From NCBI RefSeq assembly GCF_001194135.2, contig NC_068990.1:998914-1062913 (forward strand): a DNA stretch of 64,000 nt, given 5' to 3'. Both the position numbers and the translations under genes were made by a program. Positions 24,691-36,876 of the stretch are shown here, piece by piece. Source of the DNA: Octopus bimaculoides (taxonomy: Eukaryota). Positions within the stretch are counted from its first letter, which is position 1. Each line of letters opens with the position of its first letter. Below the pieces are notes generated by a model. It was not told where the DNA came from, ran no database searches, and worked only from the letters and a program-made list of their open reading frames with translations.

Positions 24691-24784
24691 TTGTATAAGT
24701 GTTTTAAAATACTGCGTAGGAAGCAAATGTTAATTTGTGGTATAGTTCTTATTAATGAATACAGCCTCTGTTCATTTTTTTGCT
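24691..24784 (-). CDS. RhoGAP exon (94 nt, K-QKNEQRLYSLIRTIPQINICFLRSILKHLY-N)
   Basis: Acceptor gttttttttcAG and donor GTACGT. Matches the L...(L/I)P..N...L..L..HL RhoGAP motif; phase 1/2. Confidence 0.92.
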
Positions 24785-24864
24785 CTGAAAAAAAACAAAA
24801 CAAAAAANNNNNNNNNNTAAATAATGGAATAATTACTATGAAGCATTGTGTAGAATATATTGCA

Positions 24865-25430
24865 TAAAGGATTGTAGGTAAGGCCAGAACAATACGATGT
24901 AAATGCAGGGCAAATCACAAGAAAACAAATATATGATTTATTGTAGACTTACCTTGCATTCAATGTTTCAGGGTTATGACCCCACTTCCAAGAAATTTAT
25001 GAATGTTGCCGATGTGCCTGTGTGTGGAGTGGACATGTGCAGAAAGGTGTTGCTATAGCAACCAACTAGCTTCCTGTAACTCTCTTCTGTTGTTGATCTT
25101 AGGTTTCTTTTGGTGTATGAAGATGGCCTCAGAGATTCTAAGGTTGCCCCTGTTCAGCTGTGTTGCCCTGATGTGCTCTGTGAATTCCTAGGTCTGGCAT
25201 TTCCACAGATGTTTTTTTACAGAAGTGTCTGCCTGCATGTGTTCCTTAATGCGTATATGCAGATTTCTATGTAGGATGAGCTACATTTGCCACAGATGAT
25301 CTCGTATATAACATAGGTCGTCTGGCACAATTCAGGGCCATTGATAGGGCAGTTCGATAATGTGCACTCCTTGGAGTAGTGAGAGGTGTTGTTCTTGGAC
25401 AGAGCTTTTCTCAGGGAAGGGCCAGTGTGC
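24865..25430 (-). mobile_element. Penelope-like 3' fragment, left arm of an inverted pair
   Basis: ORF 25217..25453 (CTLSNCPINGPELCQTTYVIYEIICGKCSSSYI) and a frameshifted HIRIKEH...NLRISEAIFIHQKKPKIN, a GIY-YIG remnant. Confidence 0.85.
24959..24994 (-). ncRNA. Degenerate hammerhead-like motif, left Penelope arm
   Basis: TTC-TTGGAAG-T-GGGG(tcataa)CCCT-GAAA-CA-TT-GAA: stem II and GAAA are retained, the CUGANGA box is mutated. Confidence 0.4.
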
Positions 25431-25924
25431 ACATTACCGAACTGCCCCATCAATGACCCTGAATTGTGCCAGAGGACCTATGTTGTATACAAGATCATCT
25501 GTGGAAAATGTGGTGCATCCTACATATACGCATTAAGGAACACATGCAGGCAGATACTTCCATGAAGAAACATCTACGGAAATGCCAGATCCAGGAATTC
25601 ACAGTGCACATCAGGGCAACACAGCGGAATAGGGGCAACTTTAGAATCTCTGAGGCCATCTTCATACACCAAAGGAAACCAAAAATCAATAGAAGAGAGT
25701 TACCAGAAACTAGCTGGTTGCTATAGCAACACCTTTCCACACATGTCCACTCCACACATGCTCACACACTCACACATTGGCAACATGCGTTAATTTCTTG
25801 AAAATGGGGTCATAACCCCGAAATACTGAATGCAAGGTAAGTCTACATTAATTCATATATTTGTTTTCTTGTGATTTGCCCTGCATTTACTTTGCATTGT
25901 TCTGGCATTACCCACGATCCTTTA

Positions 25925-25925
<1 letters not shown>
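25427..25925 (+). mobile_element. Penelope-like 3' fragment, right arm of the inverted pair
   Basis: ORF 25466..25726 HIRIKEHMQADTSMKKHLRKC...NFRISEAIFIHQRKPKINRRE. It is the reverse complement of 24865-25380 along its whole length. Confidence 0.85.
25795..25830 (+). ncRNA. Degenerate hammerhead-like motif, right Penelope arm
   Basis: TTC-TTGAAAA-T-GGGG(tcataa)CCCC-GAAA-TA-CT-GAA: two changes from CTGAAGA and a perfect 4-bp stem II, about 70 nt after the ORF stop. Confidence 0.45.
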
Positions 25926-25958
<33 letters not shown>

Positions 25959-26568
25959 NNNNNNNNNNNNNNNNNNNNNNNNNNNNNNNNNNNNNNNNNN
26001 NNNNNNNNNNNNNNNNNNNNNNNNNNNNNNNNNNNNNNNNNNNNNNNNNNNNNNNNNNNNNNNNNNNNNNNNNNNNNNNNNNNNNNNNNNNNNNNNNNNN
26101 NNNNNNNNNNNNNNNNNNNNNNNNNNNNNNNNNNNNNNNNNNNNNNNNNNNNNNNNNNNNNNNNNNNNNNNNNNNNNNNNNNNNNNNNNNNNNNNNNNNN
26201 NNNNNNNNNNNNNNNNNNNNNNNNNNNNNNNNNNNTATATATATATATATATATGGTGACTTTGTATAGTATACAACATGTAAAAGGTAACTTGAGTTTT
26301 ATGTAGTTGCATGCCAACTGTATTCAGTAAAAATAAAATTTTGGGCTGCCTTGGTAGCCATCACTCAGAAAAACTAATATGGCTACCAGCAAGTTGCAAG
26401 TGTGTAAAGCAAAAAATATGAGAATAAAGTTTTAAATAGGATAGATTGTGTGATGAGGAGTAAAAACTTAGCTACTTTGAAAGACAGATCAGGTTTTGGG
26501 GATTGGTTATGTATAATGAATGGAATGAAATACAGACACACACCTTTACAAAAATATATATTATTTAA

Positions 26569-26605
<37 letters not shown>

Positions 26606-26799
26606 ATCTCAGAAAAGCTACTGGTATAAAAGCACTATCAAAGGTGTGAAAGAAGGAAGTGCATGTCTATGGCATAGAATATAAGAAAGTATTACGCATT
26701 ATGCGTGGGTCTATCTGGAGTGGAGGTTGCCGCTGGAACTTTCTGCTGGGTTAGAATATATTTATTCACTTGAGGATATCCTCTAAATATTTCATTCCA

Positions 26800-27260
26800 T
26801 ATGTTCAAGACATGTGCAGTATTTTCTAATCTGCTTAAATATGTATGCTCCTTCTGTTGTGCAAACGGTTATCCAATGACATCCTGCCTTTTATCTTTCA
26901 AGTACATGGCATTTGATGTCAGTATTTGCACCCTTAGTTTCCGAATGTTGCTGGCAAGTATTATGGAATACCCCCGCCAATGTTTTCACAGCTTTTTCTT
27001 CAGTTATTTAAATTTACCTTCAATTATACTTATATAATCTTAAATCTTCTTTTTTTTTGATCATCTAGTTTGAAGCAGTTGAGGTAATTTCAATTTCATA
27101 TTCAATTTGGCTCATGTTTCATTTAATGGGAGTGCATCTATCTTCCAATCTTCTGACATGAACAACCTAAGTTGTCATACCTAACAGGAGTATTGATAAT
27201 GAGTGACTTCATGTTGGGACTACATCTGTAGTTAATTTTCATAGAATGCTGGCTGAATAT
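26800..27260 (+). mobile_element. Old LINE RT remnant (RTE-like)
   Basis: Fragments FKYMAFDVS and KYYGIPP resemble DF.KAFD and L..YGIP; very degenerate. Confidence 0.3.
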
Positions 27261-27341
27261 TTTTTCTGAATCTATGATTTACTAGGAAATGCTTATCTTC
27301 AAGGGAATAAGAAGTGTTTTATGTCATTAGTCTACATTTAA

Positions 27342-27557
27342 CCCTTCAGCATTCAAATTACTCTGTCAAATGTAAAGCTTATCTACATTGTTCTGAATTA
27401 ATCAAGCATTATCTTATGACTTGAAGATTTTGATGATCTGATTATATATTTTTAGAAAGATATTGTAGTGAAGTTGCAAGAGGTTGGGAATGGCCAGTTT
27501 GAACATAAAACAAGCAGAATATTTTGGCCGGATATGGCCAGTTTAAATGCTAAAGGG
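27342..27557. mobile_element. piggyBac-type MITE
   Basis: TTAA on both sides (27338-27341, 27558-27561) and 12-bp TIRs cccttcagcatt / aatgctaaaggg (11/12 match). A degenerate reverse copy lies near 39822-40015. Confidence 0.8.
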
Positions 27558-28330
27558 TTAAGAATGCTGCAAAATAATACATGTTCTTTAAACAGAGACT
27601 GACAATTTGGGGCTTTCTACAGATCACTCCACTCTCATCCCAATGAAGTACCACTTGTTCTTAAGTGTCATTCATTTACCATTATCACAATCCATTGAAG
27701 TAAAACACATCCTCTGGATATCCTTTGGCTGACTGTCTTGTGTAGGAAGGAGAGATTTTCTTCTAAACCTCTAGGTTTGACCTCAAGTTGATTTTGCTAT
27801 AGAATATTATATATATTGAAGACATAATGCACCACACTGATAAATAAGATTAGTCCTTTCTTTGTTTGATCAATATTTTCTGTCATTTCCTTTGTCTTTT
27901 CTATTATTCCTTCAACATAAGAAATGTTCTGCAAGACAGCTTAGACTAAGAAAATTACCTTTGGATTGTCAAACTAATATCAATATCTCCATGTTTATAT
28001 TTTGTCCATATTTTAAGTTTGAAGTGAATTTATCATGTATTTTTCTATTTTACTTTGCATTTCTGATCAACTGTTTCAAAAATTACACACACACACACAC
28101 ACATATATATCTATATATATACATATGCACACACACACATATATATGTATGTATGTGTCTGTCTGTCTGTGTGCATGCATGAATGTGTGTCAGGCCAACA
28201 TTATTGTAAACTATAATTTCTGTAATGCAAATGTCTTGGAAAATGAAAATTCAAATACAATGCTTTCTTGTTTATTCATTTATTCCTTTTGTTTCTCATG
28301 TCAAACATTTTCAGTGAATTAATTACTTAC

Positions 28331-28389
28331 TTGAGATATTCATCAAAGGCCAGTAGAATTCTGATGTCAAAAGTGGTTCAGATAGATTC
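28331..28389 (-). CDS. RhoGAP exon (59 nt, R-NLSEPLLTSEFYWPLMNIS-K)
   Basis: Acceptor catttcattttgcAG and donor GTAAGT. Contains the L.EPLLT..Y RhoGAP motif; phase 2/1. Confidence 0.95.
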
Positions 28390-30690
28390 CTGCAAAATGA
28401 AATGTTTGTTGATACAAAGAACAGCAGAAGATCTCTACTTCAATGTATATATTATAGGAACTACATGGTAAAATACAGAACCATCAGTGTTGGCTGAAGG
28501 CACACACTCCCGAGAGTGAGGGCAAAAAGGAAAATGTTTTAGTTAAGACAAGCGAAATTGTAGTCATGGCCGATGCTGGTGTCGTGTAACTGGCACCCAT
28601 GCTGGTGGCATGCAAAAAGCACTTTTCAAGCAATGGGCCTCATGGACGCAAAGTGGCCAGTGCCAGTGGCACATGAAAAGCTCCTTTCGAGTGTTGAGCC
28701 TCACAGAGGCAATGATGAATGATTTAGATCTTTGGCATTATATCGTGCTTCAGACAAAAACTCATTCAAGCCAAGTGAAATCGCAGTTGTGGCAGATATC
28801 AGTGTCACGCAAATGGCACCTGTGCTGGTGGCCTGTAAAAAGCACTCATTAGACTCCTGGAGTGGTCGGCATTAGGAAGGACATCCAACTGTAGAAACCA
28901 TGCCAAATCAAGCTGGAGTCTGGTGCAGCCTTCCAGCTTACCAGCCCTGGTCAAACCGTCCAACCCATGCCAGCATGGACAATGGACGTTACATGATGAT
29001 GGAAATATTATTGTAACCTGAGATCCATCAAAGACCTCAATGCGGATCATATTTCCATATTTATTCAATTGTTCATTTTACATTTATTTTTCCATGTTGG
29101 GATTGGTTAGATGATTACATGTGTATGGGACCCTGTTTTGCAGCTGGATGCCCTCCCTGTTGTTAACTCTTACCTGCAAGGAATTGGCAACAAAGTTTAC
29201 TGTTTGTAGCTCAGCACTATTATCATGTGAGCACATAATGTAGATATTCACACAACCGTACACACATGCAAACTACGAAGCTCACTGTAATGATGTGTGT
29301 CGTCTGGGTTAGACAGTTTGATTGGAGCTGGTAAGCTAGAAGAGCTGCCCCAGGATCCAGTCTGTTTTGTCTTGGTTCCCACAGCTGGATGCCCTTCGTA
29401 ATGCCAACCACTCAAGAGAGTATACTGGGTGGCTTTTACATGTCTGTGGCATGGGTAGCTGTGTATTTCAATTATTACATTAAAATACAGAACTACAGAT
29501 GGTACCATATAGATGTGGTAGCTGTGCTTTAGCCCTGAGTCGGTTCTCATTAAGAAACCTATGATCAAATGTATTTAAGCAAAAGCCATCCTATCTTTTC
29601 TTCAGAAAAATGTCATTAAACTATGGTATTCAATTCATTCTTTTCTTTTTTTAAAAAAGAAGTATTTGAGAGCAATTTGGTGACTATAACGAGCAGGTTA
29701 AATAATACATGAATGTGCTGAGCCATCACATACAAGCTCCCTCATTATGTAGTTTTATTTAGTACAAAGTCAGTTCTGATGAAGCAGATCTATGATCAGA
29801 ATTGTTCCAGCTATGACCATCCCTCCTGTTTTTTGTTCAGGTATAGTCTATCTAAAATTACATTACCCAATGTCTTTTTCCTTTTTTAAGGAGGTAGAGT
29901 GAAATCTGAAAGTGATTTAGTTGCTATTTCTAGGAAAAGATACACTTTTGGTCATAGATTTACTTGACCAAGGATGGCTTACAGCAAAACAACTAATAAG
30001 AAAATTTCCACTCAGTTACTCAATCTGCCAGAAACAGCAGATTTTTAGCCCTCAAGTCAAACCATATTGTCTTAAAAATGAAATAGACACATTAGATAAT
30101 GCTGTTCTTGATAAAATGAGTATAGCAGAGACATGCTTGAATAAGGGTGACCTCTGACTAAACAACAATCACAGCCAACTTGTCAGGAATTTTTACTGAA
30201 AACCCAAAGAATTTTGTAAATTCACAGGTAACTAAAATTTTTGTTATATGCCATCATGGCAGACCTGAAGTGTAAACATTCATAGATCATTACTATCTCG
30301 TCAAATCTTGCAGGATTTCATATGAAATTCTTGGTCCACCAATGTTGTCTTGGGCTGTAAATTTTAGTTTGAAAAACTTGCTTTATATGCCAGAAAATGG
30401 TAGGTTATTTAAATCATTTCAGCAAATATAGGAGATAATTTAGACATGTTCCAGTATTATTTGACATCATCATCTAAATACTGACTCCACCATATTTGCT
30501 GTTGTAATGGTAATTAAATCACAAGCCAAATGCACAACATTGTATAAATGAGTAAGTGTGGAACATTCGCAGATTTTGAAGAAGAAATCCCAGAAGGAAA
30601 TTTCTTCAGAAACCATCTGAACATCTGTTATCTTTCTCAGTAATTATCTAATTACCTGAGTAATGGTTGGAGTTTGAAACTTTTATTCAC

Positions 30691-30763
30691 CTGAAATATG
30701 TCTTCAATGCTACTGCTATGCTGTATGCTGTAATATCGTCAGGAATTTTGGCACAATCATCAC
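30691..30763 (-). CDS. RhoGAP exon (73 nt, R-DDCAKIPDDITAYSIAVALKTYF-R)
   Basis: Acceptor ttgctttattttAG and donor GTGAAT. Contains the A..LK.YFR RhoGAP motif, also visible at the end of track ORF 30687..30875. Confidence 0.95.
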
Positions 30764-30793
30764 CTAAAATAAAGCAATTGGAAAATAAAATTG

Positions 30794-30873
<80 letters not shown>

Positions 30874-31166
30874 ACACATATATATCGCAGATGTGTGATT
30901 GGGTATATATGAATTTATATGTGTGTATTTATGTGTATCGTCGTCATTTAATGTTATGGGTCAGATGGAATACTTTTTGAGGAGGCAAATTTTCAATATC
31001 CTTCCTGCTACCATCCCTGATTTCATCACTTGTTTCCAAGCAAAGGTAATGTTCCTCCATGACCAGAAATGTTTATCGCAGAAGAGTGGAAACGAACAGT
31101 ATTGCATGTGTGAAGGTGATGCTCGTTTACAACTATCGCATGATGATGGGATAGGGGTACACACAA

Positions 31167-31211
<45 letters not shown>

Positions 31212-31393
31212 CAGGGTTCATTTCAGTTTCTGTCTGCCACATTAATCACAAGGACACATCACCCAAGGTGCTGTGCAGTGGGACTTTGAACTGAGAATGG
31301 GATTTGAACTTAGAAAGTGGAGAGCTGTAATATCACAAGACAGTTTTCCTCATGCTGCACTGATAATGATAATAATTATTATCATTAATAGTA

Positions 31394-31730
31394 AAGGCAC
31401 ATGGCTCAGTGGTTAGAGCGTCGACCTTGCGATCGTGAGGTTGTGAATTTGAATCCCGGACTGGGCTGCGTGTTGTGTTCTTGAGCAAGACACTTTATTT
31501 CACATTGCTCCAGTTCACTCAGCTGTAAAAATGAGTTGCGACGTCACAGGTGCCAAGCTGTATCAGCCCCTTTGCCTTTCCCTTGGATAACACTGGTGGT
31601 GTGGAGAGGGGAGGCCAGTATGCATGGGCGACTGCTGGTCTTCCATAAACAACCTTGCCTGGACTTGTGCCTGGGAGGGTAACTTTCTAGGTTCAATCCC
31701 AGGGTCAGTCATGACCGAAGGGGGTCTCAG
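31394..31730 (+). mobile_element. tRNA-derived SINE with gttcttgagcaagacact core
   Basis: Head ggcacatggctcagtggttagagc...tttgaatccc. Related partial copies at about 1140-1370, 20335-20560 and 63580-63950 (minus). Confidence 0.75.
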
Positions 31731-32069
31731 CATATCATTAATAGTAGTCATCATCCTGTGCCAGTGCCATGTAAAAAGGATCTGTGCTGGTGCCACCCAT
31801 GCCAGTACCATGTACAAAGACCCTGTTCTGGTACCATGGAAAAAGCAACTGTGCCAGTGCCATATAAGAAGCATCTGCACTGGTGCCATGTGCCATGTAA
31901 AAAGCACTCAGTATGCTTGGTAAAGTGGTTGGCATTAGGAAGGACATTCAGTTGCAGAAATCAGGCTAAAACAGACAGTTGGGGCCTGGGCAGCTCTTTG
32001 GCTGGCCAATTCCTGTCAAACTGACCAACGCATGACAATATGGAAAATGGATGTCAAAAGATGATGATG

Positions 32070-32469
32070 ATTAAGGCAGTAAGCTGGCAGACATCTGCTG
32101 CTACGTTCTGAGTTCAAATTTCACCGAGGTCGACTTTGCCTTTCATCCTTTCGGAGTTGATTAAATAAGTACCAGTTATGCACTGGGGTCAATATAATTG
32201 ACTTAATCCATTTGTCTGTCCTTGTTTGTCCCCCTTGTGGGCAGTAAAGAAATAAGAATTGTTAGGCTCTGCAGTGTTCTGTTTTTACATTCTGAATTCA
32301 AATTCTGAGGTTAAACGCCTTTCATTCATCTGGATTGATGAAATAGGCAGCAGCTGAGCACAAGTTGATATAATCGACTAAGCCTCTGCCCCCAAAATTT
32401 CAGGCCTTGTTTACGATTATTATAAGTAGTAATATCCAAAATTGCTGGCCTAGTGCAAAATGTGAAACC

Positions 32470-32505
<36 letters not shown>

Positions 32506-33552
32506 GCTTCAAATTTTTCCGCAAGAGCAGCCATTTTGGGGGAGGGGATGAGTTGATTATATTAACCCTAGTATTTCACTGGTACTTAATTTAAAGATCG
32601 AAAAGGATGAAAAGCAAAGTCGACCATGGCAGAATTTTAACTCAGAACATAGTGGCAGAAAAAATACCACTAAGTATTTTACCCGGTGAGCTAAAGGTGC
32701 TTTTGGGAACAAAAAGGAATTTTTTCCAACACTGATGATTCAGTCAATTTTAACAGCAACAACAACAACAACAACAATATTAGTCCTTTCTGCTATATGC
32801 ACAAGACTAACAATTTCAGGAGAGGGGTAAGTTGATTACATTGACCCTAGTGCTCAACTGGTACTTATTTTATCGACTCTGAAAGGATAGAAGATAAAGT
32901 TGACTTCAGCAGAATTTAAACTTAGAATGTAAAGACAAACAAAATGCTGCTAAGTGTTTTGTCTGGCATGCTAATGATTCTGGCAGCTAGCCGCCTTAAT
33001 AATAATAATAATACTTGATACTTTGTTTCCTTCTGGTTACATTTATGTATATATTATCTCATGCTGCCATTCAAAAGTTACTAATTCCTTGCAGTGTTAA
33101 CAGGATTGTAACACCAATAAGAACCATGGAAATCTTTAATTTCACAGCTTTATCTTGAATTTTATCCAATTTTCAACAGACATTTCGGCACCCGGAACAT
33201 ATGCAAAAAGTTATATCAGACCAATTTCTGGTTTGTTTTTTGCCTTTAGCAAAAAATAATGAACGAAAATTGGTAAATAAATTAAATTTTTGTGTCTATT
33301 AAAACAACGGAATAGTAAAATTATTATCATTATTAAGATAGAGAGTGAGCAGAATTGTTAGCACGCCAGATAGTAATGCCTCTAAGCATTTTGTTCATCT
33401 TTACATTCAGAGTTCAAATTCCATTGAAATTGACTTTGTCTCTCAGTCTTTCAGAGTCAGTGAAATAAACACCAATTGAGAACTGGGGTTGATGTAATTG
33501 ACTAGATCCCTCCACCAAATTTTAGGCCTTGTGCCTATAGCAAAAAGGATCA

Positions 33553-33583
<31 letters not shown>

Positions 33584-34690
33584 GCGATGAACTGGTAGAA
33601 TTATTAACAAGCAGGGCAAAATGCTGAGCAGCATTTCACCCACTTTTATGTTCTGAGTTCAAATGCTGTCGAAGACAATTTTTCTTTTCATCTTTTAGGG
33701 CTCAATGAAATAAGTAGCAGTTGAGTACTAGAGTCAATGTAATCGACTTGTCCTTTCCTCCAAACTTGCTGGCCTTGCGCCAAAATTTGAAACCATTATC
33801 ATTATTATTATTAGGGCAGTGAGCTGGCAGAATCGTTAGCATGCTGGAAAAAAAAATTGCTTAGTGGCATTTCACCTGTTGCTATGTTCTGAGTTCAAAT
33901 TCCACCGGGGTCAACTTTACTTTTCATCCTTTCGGGGTCTATGAATTAAGTACCAGTGAAACATTGGGGTTGATGTAATTGACTAGTCCTCTCCCCTGAA
34001 CTTTCAGGTCTTGTGCCTATTGTAGGAAGGATTATTATCATTATTATTATTAAGGTAGCGAGCTGGCAGAGTCGTTAGTGTGCTGGATGAAATACTTAGC
34101 AGTATTTCACCTGTCACTACGTTCTGAGTTCTAATTCTGCTGAGGTTGACTTTGCCTTTCATCCTTTCAGGGCTGAACCCAAAACCACAGAGTTAAAGAG
34201 TAAACTTCTTAACGATACAGCCATGCCTGTGCCTTCAAAATCTTGAAGTCCAATAAAAGGAAAACATTAGTTAATTACAAGACTAAAGGAAAGAATCATT
34301 AGCATGTTTGATAGAAAAATCCTTGCAGTATTTATTTTGGTTGTCAGTGCTCTGAGTTCAAATCTCAGCAAGGCCAACTTTGCTAGCCATCTTTCCACGT
34401 ATTTATTCTTTGCATTCTGAGTTTAAATTCTATATAGTAAATGTCAAAAGTCAGAGATGGTCCCTTGAACACAAGAACAATCTATGGCTGGGGTGATTTA
34501 AGCAGTAAACTGGCAGAATTCTTAGGGCATAGGGCAAAAATGCCTGGGAGCATTTGTCCTGGCTCTCTATTCTCCGTGTTCAAATCCCACTGAGGTCAAC
34601 TCTGCCTTTCATCCTTTTGGGGTTGATAAAATATAGCAGCAATCTAGGGAAATAAATTGGCAAATTGTTGGAATATCAGACAAGACCTCT
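32070..34690. mobile_element. Cluster of about 8-10 copies of a third SINE family
   Basis: Recurrent ggcagtgagctggcagaatcgttagc...ttctgagttcaaattcc..gaggtcgactttgcctttcatccttt..ggg.t.gat units in both orientations, separated by (ATT)n/(AAT)n tracts. Further copies near 44670-44880, 46380-46600, 52390-52940 and 57450-58130. Confidence 0.8.
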
Positions 34691-34960
34691 TGTAGGATTT
34701 ATTCTGGCTCTTTGAAATGCAAGTTCTTGAATGTTGTAGTTAATTCATCCCCCAATTTAACAACATCACCATGGGGAGTGGTGTTTAAACAGGTATTTTT
34801 AGCAGAGTTCACTTTGAGTTCACTTGAATGTTAGACATTCAAGCCAGATATTCTGTTTAAGGATAATTACTTCCTCTCTTCTCACCAGTCTTGAAGGTCC
34901 TGCATAAAATAAAGGATCATTTATGCTGACCTTCCTTCCATGATTAAAAGTCATACATAC

Positions 34961-35035
34961 GTGAAAATATGTTCATGATTTCATTGATTTCCGATTGTAC
35001 ACCACATATTCTGTAGATTCCTATGCAGGTTATAC
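34961..35035 (-). CDS. RhoGAP exon (75 nt, G-ITCIGIYRICGVQSEINEIMNIFS-R) carrying the arginine finger
   Basis: Acceptor ttcttctatcttgtAG and donor GTATGT. GIYR motif with Arg codon AGA at 35010-35012. Phase 1/1 fits both neighbours. Confidence 0.95.
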
Positions 35036-35785
35036 CTACAAGATAGAAGAAACATTAAAGAAGAACATCAAAATTATGAGGAATTTAGAGAAGTTGCTGC
35101 TCTATATAAGCGTGACAGACTAACATCATCTCTGCAGATGCCTCTTGACTAAGCCAAGTGGCAGAAGCCTTGTAAGAAAGCATAACCCATTCGAGAGATA
35201 ATACAAAACATTTTGTGGTGTGCTGCTGTATATATATTGTCAGCCAATTTACTTTACATTTTAATGAATTCTGTGATTTCCTAATTAACTGATTCTAGAA
35301 TGTAATTATAAGGAATTAATCCTGTTGATAATCGTACATTAATGAAGATGGAATTCATTTTTACATGATACAAAAAGAATAAAGAATGTTCATATATAAA
35401 ATAGTGTTAACAAAATGAAATACCCAAACCTCAGCAGTCGTATGAAGGTTGGGTATGGAAGTGGTAGAACCATTAGAGCACAGAACACCAAACAATATTT
35501 GTTCCAGCAATTTATGTCCTTAGTTCAAATCCCACTGAGCTCTGTTTTTTTCTTTCATCCTTCTGGAGTTGATAAAAGAAGGTTCCAGTCAAGAGTTATG
35601 GTAAATTTAATCAATTGCTGATTCATGTCCAACATGCTGTGGGCTTACATGGTATACTCAAGCCCAAATTATCCCCCACCCCCAAAGTGGGCTTCTAATG
35701 ATCAGTGAATTGACACATCAGTTGGACTGCTGTATAGGCACACCAATAACTTCAATCCCTAATGTCTTACTCTCTCCCTCTCTCC

Positions 35786-35817
<32 letters not shown>

Positions 35818-36110
35818 TATATGTATCATGTTTATTCACACACATTCAATCTCTCTTTACATGTGGACTACACTACGCTGGGATAACACACACACACAAA
35901 AAAATGGAGAATTGACATACAAAAGTATACATCATCATCATCATCACCATTAATGCTTTAATGTCTATTTCCCATGCTTGAATGTGTCATTTGTTTCCAA
36001 TCTTCTGTGAAAACATCTCCAATCATACATACATATATATCTATACACACACGCATATATACCCACCTCTTAGATTTGAATCTTCAAAATTTAAAACATA
36101 GCTAACATAC

Positions 36111-36167
36111 CTTTGTGTTCAATAAATTTTATCAACCTCTTCACATAACGAAGACCATCATCACTCA
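36111..36167 (-). CDS. RhoGAP exon (57 nt, L-SDDGLRYVKRLIKFIEHK-G)
   Basis: Acceptor atttcattatttcAG and donor GTATGT. Peptide aligns with the first RhoGAP helix of GRAF-type proteins (L...GF..V.KCI..IE.RG). Confidence 0.9.
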
Positions 36168-36848
36168 CTGAAATAATGAAATAGTTATAACAATAATTAA
36201 AAAGCAGAGATCAGTTAACAGCAACAACAAAAGTTCATTGAACTCATTTGAATAAGTTCCTCATTTGAATACAATATTCTTTTGAATGGAATGGATAGAG
36301 TCAAAAATTTGTCAGCTTCAGCATTTGAAAGATATATCAGAGAATTCTAAACAAATCTAGTTTTGTAGAATAATGAGAGAATAATGAGCTTAGGATAAGG
36401 TGGAAACGAGTTAGATATACATTTCATTTCCTTTACTACTTACTTGTTTCAGTCAATGGATAATGGCCATGCTGGGGGCACCACCTTAAAAGGTTTAGTC
36501 AAACAGATTGACCCCAGTACTTATTTTTGAACTCTTATACTTATTCTATCAGTCTCTTGCTAAATTGCTAGGTTACAGGGATGTAAATAAACCAAAAATG
36601 GTTATCAAGCAGTATGTGTGTGTGGACAAACCCTCACACACATCAAATCAGACTAAACAAATTTTTGTCATTATTTATTCATCATTACATGTTTTATTTG
36701 CTTATAAGGGTAATGGTATAGTGTGTGTCTGTATTGTTAGCAAGGCACTAATGGTCAAACGTACTCAACAGTGTACAACGTATGTGAAGTGCAAATCAAG
36801 TACTCAATAATTATTACACCATACAAAGAAAAAATGTACTACTCTTAC

Positions 36849-36876
36849 AAAACTCTCTTCTGTGAGAAACATTTGT
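36849..36876 (-). CDS. RhoGAP gene micro-exon (28 nt, TNVSHRREF/L), most 5' exon found
   Basis: Acceptor ctttttacAG and donor GTAAGA. Phase 0 to phase 1 joins the next exon as T+TG=Leu with no stop. Weakest exon of the set because it is short and has no diagnostic motif. Confidence 0.6.

Noticed and set aside
30290-30350. Candidate exon QDNIGGPRISYEILQDLTR
   Set aside because: Its phase-2 end would create TAG with the next exon, and it is not needed in the frame.
32070-34690. Repeat-spacer appearance suggesting a CRISPR-like array
   Set aside because: Units are about 200-bp diverged SINEs in mixed orientation in eukaryotic DNA, with no constant short repeat and no cas genes.
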